In this document: in pieces, positions 42,223-56,089 of the stretch
Layout of the letters: each line of letters begins with the position of its first letter
Position numbering within the stretch: the first letter of the stretch is position 1
Source: the human T2T-CHM13v2.0 reference genome, Homo sapiens
Assembly (NCBI RefSeq): GCF_009914755.1
Contig: NC_060937.1
Reading direction: 5' to 3' (one strand)
DNA length: 64,000 nucleotides
The notes under the pieces: generated by a model
Databases searched by the model: none
The model's input: only the letters and a program-made list of their open reading frames with translations
What the model was told of the DNA's origin: nothing
Translations under genes and position numbers: made by a program

Positions 42223-45200
42223 TCTAGAATATTCCTATATAATGCACAGCATTTTTAGAAATTTATTTTCCCTATTACTAGGATACTGGTACTCTTAAAA
42301 ACATGGGCATGGTGAGATGAATGGAAATTCACTTTTGAGAATACCAGTATGGGGAAATGGGGGACTACCAAAAACAGAATGAAGTATTCAAAATAAATGA
42401 CTGGTTATAGATAAGTTTGCTAAGCTAGGAGGGAAGGCCTGGGAGAGAGGCATCCGGGAAGACAAGAGTATGGTGCCTGGGAAAGCAAAGAAATGGTGAG
42501 CTCAACTGAGAGCAAATCAGAGAGGGGAACATTCAGTAAACTGGGCAATTGGACTCAAGTTTTGGAGAAGGTTGGTAACAGCAGACAAACTCTCTTTCAT
42601 TTATGTATCAAAATCATCTTTTGGTGAGAGAGATACACTTTTTCCTCATTATATCCGTATTTCAAAATGTCACTTGGAATCCAGCGCAACAATTTCTAAA
42701 ACCATATTTATCCTTCACATATAATGGAACAATTTGGGTCAGTCTTTGACCTAAAACTTTCCAGTGTACCCTACTTTCAAATTCAAAAGTCTGCCACTTC
42801 CCCTCACCCCCATACCAAATTCCAGTGGAAATTTTTCATTTTAGACAATGATCCTGTTGCCTATCAGACAAAATAGTAAAGATAATAAAAGGTGTTGTTT
42901 TGCTATTTTTACATCAAGGTTCCCAGTTAACTTTATGACATTCAAATGATAACATTTTTAAAACATGATTTTATTTGGTCAAAGTGTGTGTTGTGTATAG
43001 CTGGTTATCTCTGTCTTCTCTCCCTTTAAAGATTAAAGAAAGGTAGTAATAGTCTTAAGACATTGGGGAAAAGATACAGTTTATTTTGTTTCATACCTGG
43101 TGGCCCACAAAATACCACACAGGGTCATAGAGTGGAAAAAATCTCCATTTCTCATTCCCACAATAATTCGAAGATAAATTCTCCTATTCCTAGGTAAACA
43201 TGAATACTGCTTACCCCTGTAGTTTATGATCAGCCGAATGGGTTCTAGAATAGTTTAAAATTGAGATCATGTCTACAAATCCAAAGCATCAAATACTTCC
43301 TTCAGGGATTTAGTGGTAAAAGCAAAGAAAAAATGTTACCAGATCCCTTTTCTGATCATGGCAGCCAACTGTAAATTCCCTAGTCTCTTTCTTGTTTGTT
43401 CATTTCCCTGAACGTATTGCATTTTAATCCTGTAAAAAGTTGTTTCACTTAAGCCCCAATTCTAGGCATAGTTATTTCTCATTCTCAATTCTCATGATAT
43501 GATGACTATTACACTATTGAGAAGACCTTCATGGAAAAAATGGTAGCTCTACTATTGAATTGTGTAAAAATGATTATAAATATATTTCAATATGGCTAGA
43601 TTGGAATTTGAGGTATGAAGTTTTAACTTTATGACTAATTCTAAAAGCTTTTTACATACATGCAGCAAGTGTTTTTGAGCTGTGAAAAAAATGTTTTCCT
43701 GAAGAAAAGTGGCAGTTTAGGTATTTTTTGCTGATAAAACAAAAAGATGAGACTGGAAGTTTAACATTTAAACATCATCAAAAACCATGAGTATTTAAGT
43801 TTTTTCATTCTAAGAAATTGCAAAGCCAAAGTATTTTTTCCAATTAAAACAGTAACTAATAACAGACTAATTTCTAATTTATGCATTAGACCATGCCAAA
43901 TGGAAAATTAGGGAGAAAAATAAACAGTGTCCATGCAAACTCTTTGAAAAGGCAAAGTAATGCGTTTCTTGTTTCTTTTCCACCAAGATTTTATTATCAG
44001 TTTCCATTATCTCCAGCTGACTTGTTCAGTTTCTGACTCCAAGTCCGATGACTTAAATTGCTTTACCATTACTTCTACTCCAGTGTTCCACGGCTTGTTG
44101 ACACCACATTAGAATGTGGATACCAGATGTTGGCAATGAGCTGCAAAATTAATCTAATTGGTTCTTAATGATGCCATGGTATATTTGAACACACTTGATA
44201 ACTGGGTCTCTGATTCCCTTTTTTGTTTAATGAAGAGCTGCTGTACTTTGATTATAGGTGAGACTAACCTGTAACCTGTCTCATGCGCTCTATCTACTCA
44301 GCTGCAAGCAATCTAGATATTCAGATTAATTAATGAGCTCTGTAGCCATATCGTCTTCTCCTGCTGCTCTGGCCTTGTTCTCCGTGCTGAGGCCAGAGTG
44401 CAGCTCTGGAAGCTTTTGAACATGACGTGCACACTCTGACTCTTGGCCATGGTACTCCCTCTGCTCCCCCACGCCCCACTCAATGTTCAACTACATTTTT
44501 TCCTCACACTGCTTTGATTCTTTTCGTCTCCCCTCCCCACTTTTCCTAATTTTTTATCCATCACCTGTGTCCTCTGAGAGCTCCCTTTCAGAGGTGGTAT
44601 AAATTCCTCTCTTGCACCACCAACCTTTCACAGATGTTCCCTCCAACTCTTAAAGAAATCCTGGCTCTGTGCTGAATTTTTTCCTTTTCTGTTACTCTCA
44701 GAAAGGAAGGTTTTTCTGGTCTACTCAAAGCCTGCAAGAGGGATTGGTCTTCCTTGGACTATTTGATGCCACTTATAAAGAATTTTTCTTGTGTCTTTAT
44801 GCCGAGCTGCTTTCCTTCTTAGTTCATGCCACCCAATGTTCTCACCTTTAGCTATTCTTATTGTTATAATGAAACAACCCACACTGTGATGATTCTCCTG
44901 CAAGTACTGATGACATTAGCACCCAGCTCACAGTCATCCTCTACAGCCCATGTTGTGCCTTCAAACTGAACAATTTCAACACACATGGGGCCAATCTAGC
45001 CAACATTTCTGCCTCAAGGTTTTTTGACACTGTCAGTTCTATTGACCTTCAGCATACTTCAACTTCCTACTCTGACTCAATACCACAAAAAATTTAAACT
45101 CTCCCATCACTACTGCTCATCCTCCTATCTTTCTCATATTTTAAGGTTCACCATACCTGCTCCCTGTTACTTGGAGTCCTTCAGTTCCTTGATTCCTCAA

Positions 45201-45689
45201 TTACCCCTGCTCTGTTAGTCTATGAGTATACACCGAGCCTCATTCACTTTCTTCCTTCTAGACTGAGTACAGCTGGTGGTTGGATGCTTTCTCATTGAAC
45301 TCTCTTGCATTCTTGCCATTTCATTGTATCCCATTCAGGAACATTCATCCAGGGAACTGAGGCCTGACGACACGAACAATTCCCAAGCTCCCCTTTCTCT
45401 GAAGCGAAGGTAGTTACAGCTGCATCCATTATTATCTCATTTAGCCCTTGTCATCTCAAGACCAAGCTCTCCTCCTCTTGACCCTTTTCTCCCTGGTTTC
45501 TTTTAGGATCTTGTTCCATCAATAAGGCATCTTTTCTACTATATGGTTAATGTTTTCTCCTGCCTCTTTTTTTTAATCTATTCTTATTTTCAGTCAATGA
45601 TGCCATTATTTCCAGAGTCACTCAAGTTAGAAATTGGGAGCAATTTTGCCTCTTTTTATCTTTCATGCCCATATGTACTTAATAATAGT

Positions 45690-45950
45690 AGTAGTAATTA
45701 TATTCAGTCACAGAGTGACTACAACATGCCAGCCACTGTTCTAAGTGTTCTATATATGTTAATTCATTTAATTCTCAAAATTATTCTATGAGCCAGATAT
45801 GACTTTTATTACCATTTCACAGATAAAGACATTGAGGCACAAAGAAGCTGAGAAGCTTTCCCAGGAACACCATGCTGATAAGTGGTGAAGCAGAGATGAA
45901 GCACCAAATGCTGGTTGTAACTCCTGACCGTAATACGAATTTTCCCACTA
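45690..45950 (-). mobile_element. MIR
   Basis: atgccagccactgttctaagtg...ccatttcacagataaagacattgaggcaca. Confidence 0.85.
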
Positions 45951-46244
45951 CAGTCCTGTTGCCCAGCTCCAGGCCCTTACAACTCTTATCTCCATTGCAA
46001 TAGCCCCCCAAATGGCCTCTCTGGCTCTGGGCTTGTGCTCCTCAGAGTCCCACTCTGTAACATTTCCCCCATAGATTGCCTTAGCAAAAAAATCTTAATT
46101 TGACTTCACTGCTTAATAACCATGAGTGAATGAAGTAAAAATCAAGACTGTTTTGTTGGAATTCATTCTGAAACTGTTTGTTTTTTAAAGATTTTACATT
46201 AATGACTTACCAATTTTGAATGGGGCTGAAGAAGGGAATGAAGT

Positions 46245-46490
46245 AGTTACATCTCATACTGAGACTAATGGGTTCAAATCCTGATTCTAGCACTCACTAG
46301 CTATTGGATATGGGGCAAGTTACTTAACTCCTCTGTGTATCAGTTCCCCATCTTTAACGCGAAGTCATAATAATATTTACATCATAGGGTGGTTGTGAGA
46401 AATAAATTAAATTAATTGATATATGTAAACTGTTTTTAAGTGTGCCTGGTATAGAATAAATTGCTATATCAGTGTTAGCTATTATTACCA
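46245..46490 (+). mobile_element. MIR
   Basis: gggttcaaatcctgattctagcactcactagct...gggcaagttacttaactcctctgtgtatcagttccccatct...gtgcctggtatagaataa. Confidence 0.85.
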
Positions 46491-48899
46491 ACATGTGGAA
46501 GCTAGGCAAGCTGGTTGGAGAACAGGATTAGAATTCAAAATAGTCTTGATAAACTGTCATACTTTTCATCAGGAGACAATAATAGTGTGCCTGCCAGAAT
46601 TCATTATAGTACATATCTGTGATGAGCTGCATAACATTGCTTTGTGATGGAGATCTTGCACTTGGGTTCTGAATCATGCTGAAGCTGTCTTTTGGTATTT
46701 GAAGTTGCCCTCCTTGATTTGGAAGCCGAAATAAAGGCCATTGCCAAAGTAATTCCATATAGACATGTATCCTCTTCCAAACACGTGTAAAGTTTCTTTT
46801 AGACAAGAGTAAGGACTGTAATCCACATGACATAATTTTCAAGATACTATATTAACACCCCAGAAAGCCAAGAAATCAATCTCCCTGCCACTACAGCCCT
46901 CTAGGAAACATCTGTTGGACTATTTGCCATGAGAAAGAATAAAAGAAGGCCTGGTCGCCCCGGCTTAGTGGGGGAATCAATCCAGGAGGGTTGATGGAGG
47001 TGGCCTGCTGGCTTGGGAATGGTACCTCACTCCGGGTTTTTGAAAGCATAGAAGTATCGTAAAAGATGGTACAGACAATGGTGGTGGTTCATGTTGGCTT
47101 GTTCTCCACATCATTCAACTACTGGGAATAGTTATTGTTCAAAACCTGTCTGTTGCTCAAATGCCTATTCCACCTTCTTTGGGCTCTAAAAGAGCCAGTC
47201 CCACTGAACATGTGGTTTGTACAAAATTTGTACAAATGTTTAGAGTCCAGTAATTTATATTCTGGTTAAAACTGGCCATATTTGGCAGTCAGATATATGA
47301 AGCAATGCTAGATTTTGAAGTGCATGATAAAGAAAGAAAACTAAAGTTGAATTCCACCTGACCTTAGAAATAAGTAAGTACCTTACAAAAAGAGGAGGAG
47401 GGTATGGGAACCAAAAGAGACAGCTTGACAGCAGACAGAAAACGATTTAACACCCAGACAGGGTAGAAAATTGAGATCCACAACTATGGCCAAAAGATAC
47501 AACCCGAACGAACTGCTCCGAAATGAGAGCTAAAGGACACGAGCATTACACAGACTTTTCCCATCACAAGATGTAAGCTAATCTACTTTGCTAAAAACAA
47601 ACACATTTCACCCTTGAGAGTGTATTAAGAGCTCTGAAAAGAGTCTGAGATTTTATTTGTAAGACACATTTCATCAGATATTCAGCATTTTCACTGTAGA
47701 GTTCCTAGCCTCTGGTGTTCTTTACTTTCTGATTCCTGTGAGTTAATGAGAACACGTTCACTCAAGGAGCAAGTCACAGCCTAACATTTTCCTAACCCTT
47801 CTGTTTCCCAACAAGCAAAAAAGCTTTTATGTCATTTTTTTTTCTAAATAAAGGTTTCAAAGAATTTAACAACAAACTGCCCACACATATTTTTATAAAT
47901 AAAGCAATGGTCCAAACAAGTTAGAAAGTGCTATATCAATTTCCCTTTCTGGGGTGGTAGCGGTAACTATTGCACCTGTTTTTCTCTAATAGTACCATTG
48001 TATTTTCAACTTGACAACATTGAAGAATATCTTAGAATTTGAAGAAAACGTCAACAAACGTTTGTTGAGCACGGGTACAGCCAGTGCTACTAATCATGTA
48101 GCATAGCATAGCTATACCATGTTTAGTGTTCCTGCAGATATCGCAGATCATTCTGTGTCTGTTTAAAGGAATTGTGTGTTAAAATGTTGCTTTAAATGAC
48201 CTCACAGTGAATATATTTTCGTCTGTGCCCCACAGTCAGAAAGTACATAGCAATTAAAATAATGGTTAACTGCAAACTCACCATGTTGATGATTTGCCAT
48301 ATACTGACAGAGGTACTAAAAATATTCTGAGGAAGACAATCCGATTATTTGATAGGCCTGTGGTTAAAAAGATGATAAATGCTGGGAGTAGGGAATTAGT
48401 GGAAAAACGAGTCATGTTAATCTGAGTGGTGTTTGAAATGAAATAATACATATGCCATTTTAAACTGAAGGTCATTGACTTACCACCTCATGCTTCACTT
48501 ATAAGGCCTGTTACAGAAACAGTCTTAAAAGATAGCTCAAATTGAATGTGGAATCTGGAAGTTGTCTTTTTCTCTTATTTTTAATTCATTCCACCTTATC
48601 AAATATTGTCCTTTCTAGAAATCCTTTCTTTTGGTGCCTGAGCTCATCGCCGCCTTCTGCATGCCTCCTTCAGCTGTCTGGTGTAAGCCCTCATCCTTGC
48701 CTGCCCAGACACAGGCAGTGGCTTTTACCCTGCTCAGTCACCCTCCAAAGCCATAACCCAGACCCACCCGAAACATTTCTATGACCACATCATTCTCTTG
48801 CTCAAAGTCTTCAGCTGTTTTCTAAAACCTGATGATCTAATCTAAGCTGAACCCAAAGCACAGGCATCTCCCCAAAACTGGAGTTAAGACTGATATATG

Positions 48900-49250
48900 G
48901 GAGAAAGGATAATGGATATTTAAAAAGTTGGGGCTCAAAGGGTTGACACATTGAAGTGTTTAGTACACAACTAAGGCATCTCACTCAATTTGATAGGCAG
49001 CAGACATCTATCAGTTGGTGGTTTGTTTTTTTTTTAGATCAATAGTATACTTTAGAAAAATTAATCTTGCTGTGGTGTTTAGCATAAATTGAAAGGAAAA
49101 TTGACTAAACTACTGCAGTGATTTTAGGGAATAGATAGTGAGGCTCTGAGTAAGGATGATGGCAATGAAAATGGAAAAGAGAGAGGTATGAGTGGAGATG
49201 TCATAATTTGTCATTGATGGTAGGGAAAGAATCAGGAAACAATGAGAAAT
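48900..49250 (-). mobile_element. L2 fragment, diverged
   Basis: tttagaaaaattaatcttgctgtggtg...gatggcaatgaaaatggaaaagag. Confidence 0.45.
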
Positions 49251-50779
49251 ATAGTCAAGCATTTGCAATAATTGCTCGGAGAAATCTTTTATTGCTTAGT
49301 TTTACCATCAAAGATTTAAAAATAAGTTTCTGTTCAATCCTTCCTGGAAGAAAGTGATTGTGAGTTTGATTTTCCAAAAGGGTCAAGTAGAGCAAAAATT
49401 GGTGTTCAGCGATATGCCAGCCATAGCCAGAGAGCTCATGGATGCTTTGGCCATGAACTCCTGGCTTCAGCTTCTGTCCTGTGGCCTCTGCAACTTTCCT
49501 GAACAAGTACCAGTCACAGCACGAGAAAGACTTTACTTACTGTCTACAAAGGTCACACCCATCAAAACATTAAAACAGTAGTTTTAAGCAAGAAAAGGCA
49601 CCATCAGAGAATTGCCGTGCATTGGCGATAGTGGGTGAGGGGTCTTTCCCGTTACAGTAGGCACCAGCGTTCAGAACAGACTGGCTTCTGCAATCTCAAA
49701 ACCCCTCATCTCGGGGAGGACGTTGTAGGTCACCTTATCAGCTGTGCAGCACTGGGCTATAATTGCATCATCGCCACAAGATAATCTCCCAGGCTACTAT
49801 CCTAGTCCACATTCTACCAGAGTGATAAACAGCATAAATAAATACCACAGCCATTTACTTAGTTTGCTGTTTTTAAGGGTTTTCAGCTGGGAGAGGACCA
49901 CATGGCCTCTGTACAGCTGTTTATGGGTTCTTTCTAACTGGATGTGAAGCACTGAGTTCTAGAATTCTTGGAAGACTGCCTTTTCCTCTAAGCCTGACTA
50001 AGGTCAAGTCCACCTACAACTTCATATAAACGTCTTTGGGCCACGTTTACAGGAAAAGACCATCCACTGGTTGGACCGAACGACTGAAACTTTTGAACTG
50101 TTTCCACACATAGCAGAATGTGGTTTGCTGGGATTCGCCCACTTAGCAGCCAGTCACTAAGGCATTCGTTGGAAATGAGTAAGTTGGGAGGCAGGAAAGA
50201 CTGGCAGATTTTTTCTTTCTATCTCCCTCTTCCCTTTTAGACTCAAAGAAACGGTATGCATGTGGACAGAGGTGCCAAGCCCTATGGCACTTGTGGTGAA
50301 GGAGGCCATTCTTTGAAACACTTAAAGGCCAAAGTGCTCCTTTTAGAGGAAAATACTTCTAGCACTATACTGTGGCCTTTAACTTAATTAGTCAATTAAA
50401 GCAAGAAAGTCTCTCAAAAGAATCATGCAAATAAAAGGATGTTGCTTCCAGGGAAAGAAAAGTCTTTTGCAATGCTGAGACCAGAGGTGTCAGTCTAAAT
50501 ATTTTCCAAAGGGTATTATTGTTATGTGCTTTAAAAAATTCATTCTAGGTTCTCAGTGGGCTCCTATCCTGGGATCTGCAGGTACCTGCATTACAGACTT
50601 AGGAGATGAGCCCTCAAAAAACTCTTGCTATTGCAAGTAAAAATGTCAATTTATATTATTCCCATTTCAAAACTTAATTTTTGGTTAGGTTAAATAAGCA
50701 ACACAGTTAACAGTATCATCTAGAGATTTTTGTTGTCGTTGTTAGGACAACATGAAATTTTAAATATTGAAATATATGG

Positions 50780-51625
50780 TATTTTACTTTAAGTTCTCGG
50801 ATACATGTTCAGGATGTGCAGGTTTGTTACATAGGTAAACGTGTGCCAGAGTTTTTTGCTGCACCTGTCAACAAGTCACCTAGGTATTAAGCCCAGCATG
50901 CATTGGCTATTTATCCTGATGCTGTTCCTCCCCCCACCCCCAATACCCCCACCAGCCCCCAGTGTGTGTTGTTCCCCTCCCTGTATCCATACGTTCTCAT
51001 TGTTCAGCTCCCACTTATAAGCGAGAGCATACGGTATTTGGTTTTCTGTTGCCATATTAGTTTGCTGAGGATAATGGCTTCCAGCTCCATCCGTATCCCT
51101 GCAAAGGACATAATCTTCTTCCTTTTTATGGCTGCATAGTATTCCATGGTGTATATGTACCACATTTTCTTTATTCAGTCTATCATTGATGGGCATTTGG
51201 GTTGATTCCATGTCTTTGCTATTGTGAATAGTGCTGTAACAAACACACATGTCTTTATAATAGAATGATTTCTATTCCCTTGGGTATGTGCCCAGTAATG
51301 GGATTGCTGGGTCAAATGGCATTTCTGGCTCTAGGTCTTTGAGGAATCACCACACTGTCTTCCACAATGGTTGAACAAATTTACATTCCCACCAGCAGTG
51401 TGAAAGCATTCCTGTTTCTCCACAGCCTTGCCAGCATCTATTGTTTCTTGACTTTTTAATAATAGCTATTCTGACTGGCATGAGGTGGTATCTCATTGTG
51501 GTTTTGATTTGCATTTCTCTAACGATTGGTGATGTTGAGCTTTTGTTCATGTTTGTTGGCCGCATAAATGTCTTCTTTTGAGAAGTGTCTCCATGTCCTT
51601 TGCCCGCTTTTTAATGAGGTTTTTT
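50780..51625 (-). mobile_element. 5'-truncated L1PA8/L1PA10-like 3' end
   Basis: actttaagttctcggatacatg...taggtattaagcccagcatgcatt 3' UTR; ORF2 C-terminal peptide [13 protein letters not shown]...CWQGCGE. Confidence 0.93.
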
Positions 51626-53494
51626 TAAAAACTAATATCTTTGCCTTTTTAATGGCACTTATCAAATGTGGGGATTCCATAGTACTTCTAATCAGTTACA
51701 AAATTCCTCTACTCTGTTGGATTTAGGCACTAACTTTAAACACATGAAGTCCTAAAACACATCTTTAATTGAGAACGTTTTTCCAATAATTACACATACT
51801 TCTATATTCTAGCTTTTATTCTCACATAGAACTCATATTGTAGTGGGGGAAGATAGTAAAATACTCAGATACATAACATGTCAGTGTTTAGTGCTTTCAA
51901 AAAATAGAAAGGACAGGAGAATGTGAGAGAAGAGGGAAACTTGTGATGATATCTAACAATGATTGATATATCATATAATAAAAAGGTAAAAAATTAATTA
52001 ATAAAACATGTCAGGCTATCACCTGAATTATTCAGGCTCTTAAGAACCTGCTACTGGCAAAAACAAAAGACAATTTATCTTCCAGTTTGGTTTTCTTCAT
52101 TGATTTAATTCATAAAATGATTAATTAAACTTTTCATTTCGTTTGATCTCATGTGACCTCATGACTTTGATTTCTTCAGCCAAACTTAAGAGTGGTGACA
52201 AAATCTCATTTGGAAAGCATTTGGAGAAAATTGTTATTCTCATATGGAAGGTGTTTTAATGTCAGTTGAGCAAATACTTCTTCCCTTCTAAGTTTCATTT
52301 ACTCATTGGGTCTTTCAGATCTATTTGATGCATTTACCATTGCAGTTTCCCATCATAAATTTTTCTTTCAGTACTTATATTTATTCACAATATACGACAA
52401 CCAAGCCATTTTGTATTTAAATGATGTTGAAGACTGCCAGGCATTTTTTCAGATATTTGGAAATAAAATATAGTTTTTTGTGATACCCTTCTCTCTCACT
52501 GAGTATATAGTCACCAGACTTTTTTGGGGGTAATTTCAGTGGAATATTTCTCTCTTTTCTTATTAGCTCAATAGATGATATTACAGAAAAGCTAATTTCC
52601 AAGGAGTTGACTAAAATATGTAACTTTTTTTTACAGAAATAGAATAATTTTGGTTAGAAATAGTAAATGTTCTCACATGTTAAATGTTATTAACTACTCT
52701 TCAATACTGAATTTCTGAAAAATAATTTCCAGATAAGTCAAAAAGTACAATACACTGCTACCTCTGTGTTCAGTACTTCATAGACATTCTAAGTCTTGCA
52801 TTTGCTTTTGTGATAATGATTCGTCAATGTCCAAATTTTTTTAATTCAAAAAATTATTTACCTACCACATGACCTCATAAATATTTTGTAGGAAGGATGT
52901 TCTAATCTACTTCTGCACTCTGATTTTGCAGAATCTCTTTCTATGCATTTTCTGTGTTTATTTTTAAAAGTACATTTTATGAGTTTTTCCTCATCATAAG
53001 ATAAATTCATGCTTATTGCAGAAAACTTGAAGAAATTATTCAAAATGTTACTCTGCAAGAAAAAAACTTAGGGGATGTATTCTTTAATCTTTTGCATAAA
53101 TGTTTGCATTTAGGGTTTGAAATTTTAAAGTCTTGCAAATTTTCCTGTGTCATTAAGTCTATACGAATTTAAATAGCAGTCAGCAACGAACACTCCAAAG
53201 GGGATAGTTTACAGGGTGTTTTATATTCATTGTGTTTAGTTAGTAGAACTCTGTTATCATCCAATAATTCATAGCCTGTCTGATTTCTTATTCTCTTTTT
53301 TATTCTTCATCAATCTTGCCATAAACTTGACTTGTTTTAGCTGTTATAATAAACATTTATTGGTATTTAATCATTAAATTTCATTGATTTTACCACATCT
53401 TTATTATTTTCTTTTTACTTATTTTATTTTTTCCCTTTATTTCTTTTTTTCCAAACCATGAGGATGCTGAAACAAATAAAACAAAAATCTCCTG

Positions 53495-53807
53495 TGTATT
53501 AATTTGCTAAGGCTACCATAAAAAAGTGCCAATGACTGGGTGGCTTAAAAGAGAGAAATGTATTACCTCCCAGTTCTCAAGTCTGAGATCAGGATGTCAG
53601 CCTCTTGGTTCTTTCTGAAGATTGAAAGGAAAGGACTAGGACTGTTCCAGGCCTGTTTCCTTGGCTAGTAGATGGCCATCTTCTCCCTGAGTCTTCACAT
53701 CATCTTCCCTCCGTGTGTGTCTATATTGAGCAGTTCCATTCTGAGATACTGAGGAATAGGACTTCAACATACGAATTTCTGCAGGGAACACAATTCTCTC
53801 TGTAACA
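53495..53807 (-). mobile_element. MaLR solo LTR (MLT1A/B/C-like)
   Basis: tgtattaatttgctaaggctaccata...actgggtggcttaaa...ggacttcaacatacgaattt...acacaattc...taaca. Confidence 0.85.
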
Positions 53808-54194
53808 CCCCATCATAGAAGCATTTACAAGCTAGTGGGGAGAGGCCTTTGATAAATAAGGACACCAGATAACAATAAGTGACATAACAAAACATAAAAG
53901 CAGAGGAATAGTGAGGGCCAGGGCAAAGGAAGTGAACTGGTGCATAACGCTTTGGCAGTGGGTTAGATATTTCTCTAATGTACAGAAATGTAAGTAACCA
54001 AAGTCAGGGCCACACTGGATGGGCAGTGTTGCCAATAGATTGTATAGTTTGTGCTTTGTGGGATGGCAATAACTGACCTTTTTGCGAAGACTTGTCTTTT
54101 TATTTGGTGCAGTGGGGGCAGTTTGGAGGGCCCTTCTTTGTGTAAAATTAAGGCACTAAGTCTACTCATGAAGGGAGAGGCTGAGACAAAATAA

Positions 54195-54608
54195 TGGTAA
54201 ATTACACAAGCAGGAGGCCATTGGCCTGAGGCTGTCTTTGCACTTTGAGTGCCTACATTACAAACTACAACCTAACTTAGTAGATACACAAACTAACAAC
54301 CTAACTCAGGAGTATAACAAACAGCCAAGTCTTGGCCAATCATGAGCAGCCAAGCTTCAGCCAATCACAGGCAGCCAACTAATCAGACCATTTCCAAATA
54401 AGGCAAATGCATGGCTGTAACCACTCAAGTTATTTTTGTACTTTACTTCCTTACTCTGTCTGTAAATACTCTGAATGTAAATAGATCACTGTTGCAGATG
54501 GGAGTTCTCTGAACCTCTTCTGGCTCTGAGTGCTACCTGGTTCATGACTTATTCTTTGCTCAAGTAAGCTTTGTTTAATTTAATTTGTCTAAAGTTTTTC
54601 TTTCAACA
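54195..54608 (+). mobile_element. ERV1 (MER4-group) solo LTR, LTR54/MER57-like
   Basis: aggaggccattggcctgaggctgtc...aacctaacttag; two CCAAT boxes; ends tttaatttgtctaaagtttttctttcaaca. Confidence 0.75.
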
Positions 54609-56089
54609 ATGGCTATACTGCTTTTTTAAAAAAATAATATTATAAAAGGCTATTTTGAAGGTCAGTAAAGCACTGGCTCCAGATAAATTATGATAATGTT
54701 ATATAATTTATTTTATGTATATATATATAATGGGGCCAGTAGAAGGAAGTTGAGGCTATGAGACTCTGGGGAGAAATGAGAGAGAGGACTCAGGTTAGAA
54801 GAAGAATAGTCCCAACACTTCTGACCTAATGAGGGAGTAGCCTATGGGGGAATTACCTGGGAATTGGTCTTTTATTGGATTTTGGAAAAAGTGACACCTG
54901 AAAAAGAATTTTTTCTTCTTCTCTGAATTGTGCTTTTCACACAGTATTCCCAGGTTTTCAGAAGATCTTTCGAGAACTGTTGCAGTCTGGCCTCATTTTT
55001 TTGTGACAGTGGCTCTGTGCCTTCTTAAACCCACGTTTTAGGGGCCTCATTGACTCAAGAGAGACAAAGCCCTGAGAATGCAGTACGCCCTGGAGGACCT
55101 TGACCAACAGCAAAGGTCAGCATGGCTCCTGGGCAAGCTTTGTAGATCTCTTGCAAAGAGGAGGGGAGTTCTGAATACTAAAAGAAAGGAACCCTTATTG
55201 ACTAATTCACCAGGATGAAAGTGTTGGAGTATTTTTAATGTGGTAATAGATTGATCATGGAACATGTGAAGTCTTGAAGACACACGATCGTGCTCTGGAA
55301 AGATATGGAACAAACCATTTCCTTGGCATTAGATTTCCCCATAACAGATTGACCTACCAAAAAATACCTCTATGGAATAGCAAAATGACACCCCCAGTAT
55401 TTTCACAAACATTGTTTTTTTTCTCTTATTAGTAAGTTTAAGCATATCTGTCCCATACCAGTAAGTGCTTATACAAATTTGTTAATAAATGAATACATAT
55501 TCGCATTAAATATATGGTTGTAAAAGTCATGAGGAGTCATACTTAAAATGTATATGCAATTTTAAAAATATATTTTTAAGATACTGAGGAGCCGATGGAT
55601 TTGTTAAAAACTATGAGGTTCGTAATTTAAGTGAATGCAAAGCCCCAAAGAAACAAGCTGAGTGCTTAAACAGCCTTAACCCGAGAGCATTTGCTAATAT
55701 AGCTGAGCCTACGTTTTTGTTTTGAAGGTCTCTTGGGGCAAAGGGAATGAGTCTAAACCAAGAGCCTACCATCATGTTCAATCTAAATAGGAAAAGTGGC
55801 TCCTCTGAAGGAAGGATTTCCCCAAAGCCAGAGCTTCAGGGAAAATGGGAACTCAAAGTAAATGCACCCCAAGTGCCCACGCCTCGGAGGCTGCCCAGAG
55901 GCTGCCTTGCTGCCAGAGTTAAAGAACACTCTGCAGGACTTGTAACCCAGGCTGCCCTTTCACATGCCTGGAGAGTCCAAGTATACTCAACCTTAACTTC
56001 AATTTTAAGACATTTTAGGCATTTTCTAAATGCCTTTTAAAATCAAAAGTAAAACTCATCTGTAGGAGTGTACCTTTGTTCAAGGTCTT

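Noticed and set aside
46528-46842. 104-aa minus-strand ORF
   Set aside because: No recognisable homology or exon boundaries; length is compatible with chance
50925-50962. C-rich run giving a G-quadruplex-like motif on the minus strand
   Set aside because: Standard G-rich tract of the L1 3' UTR; already explained
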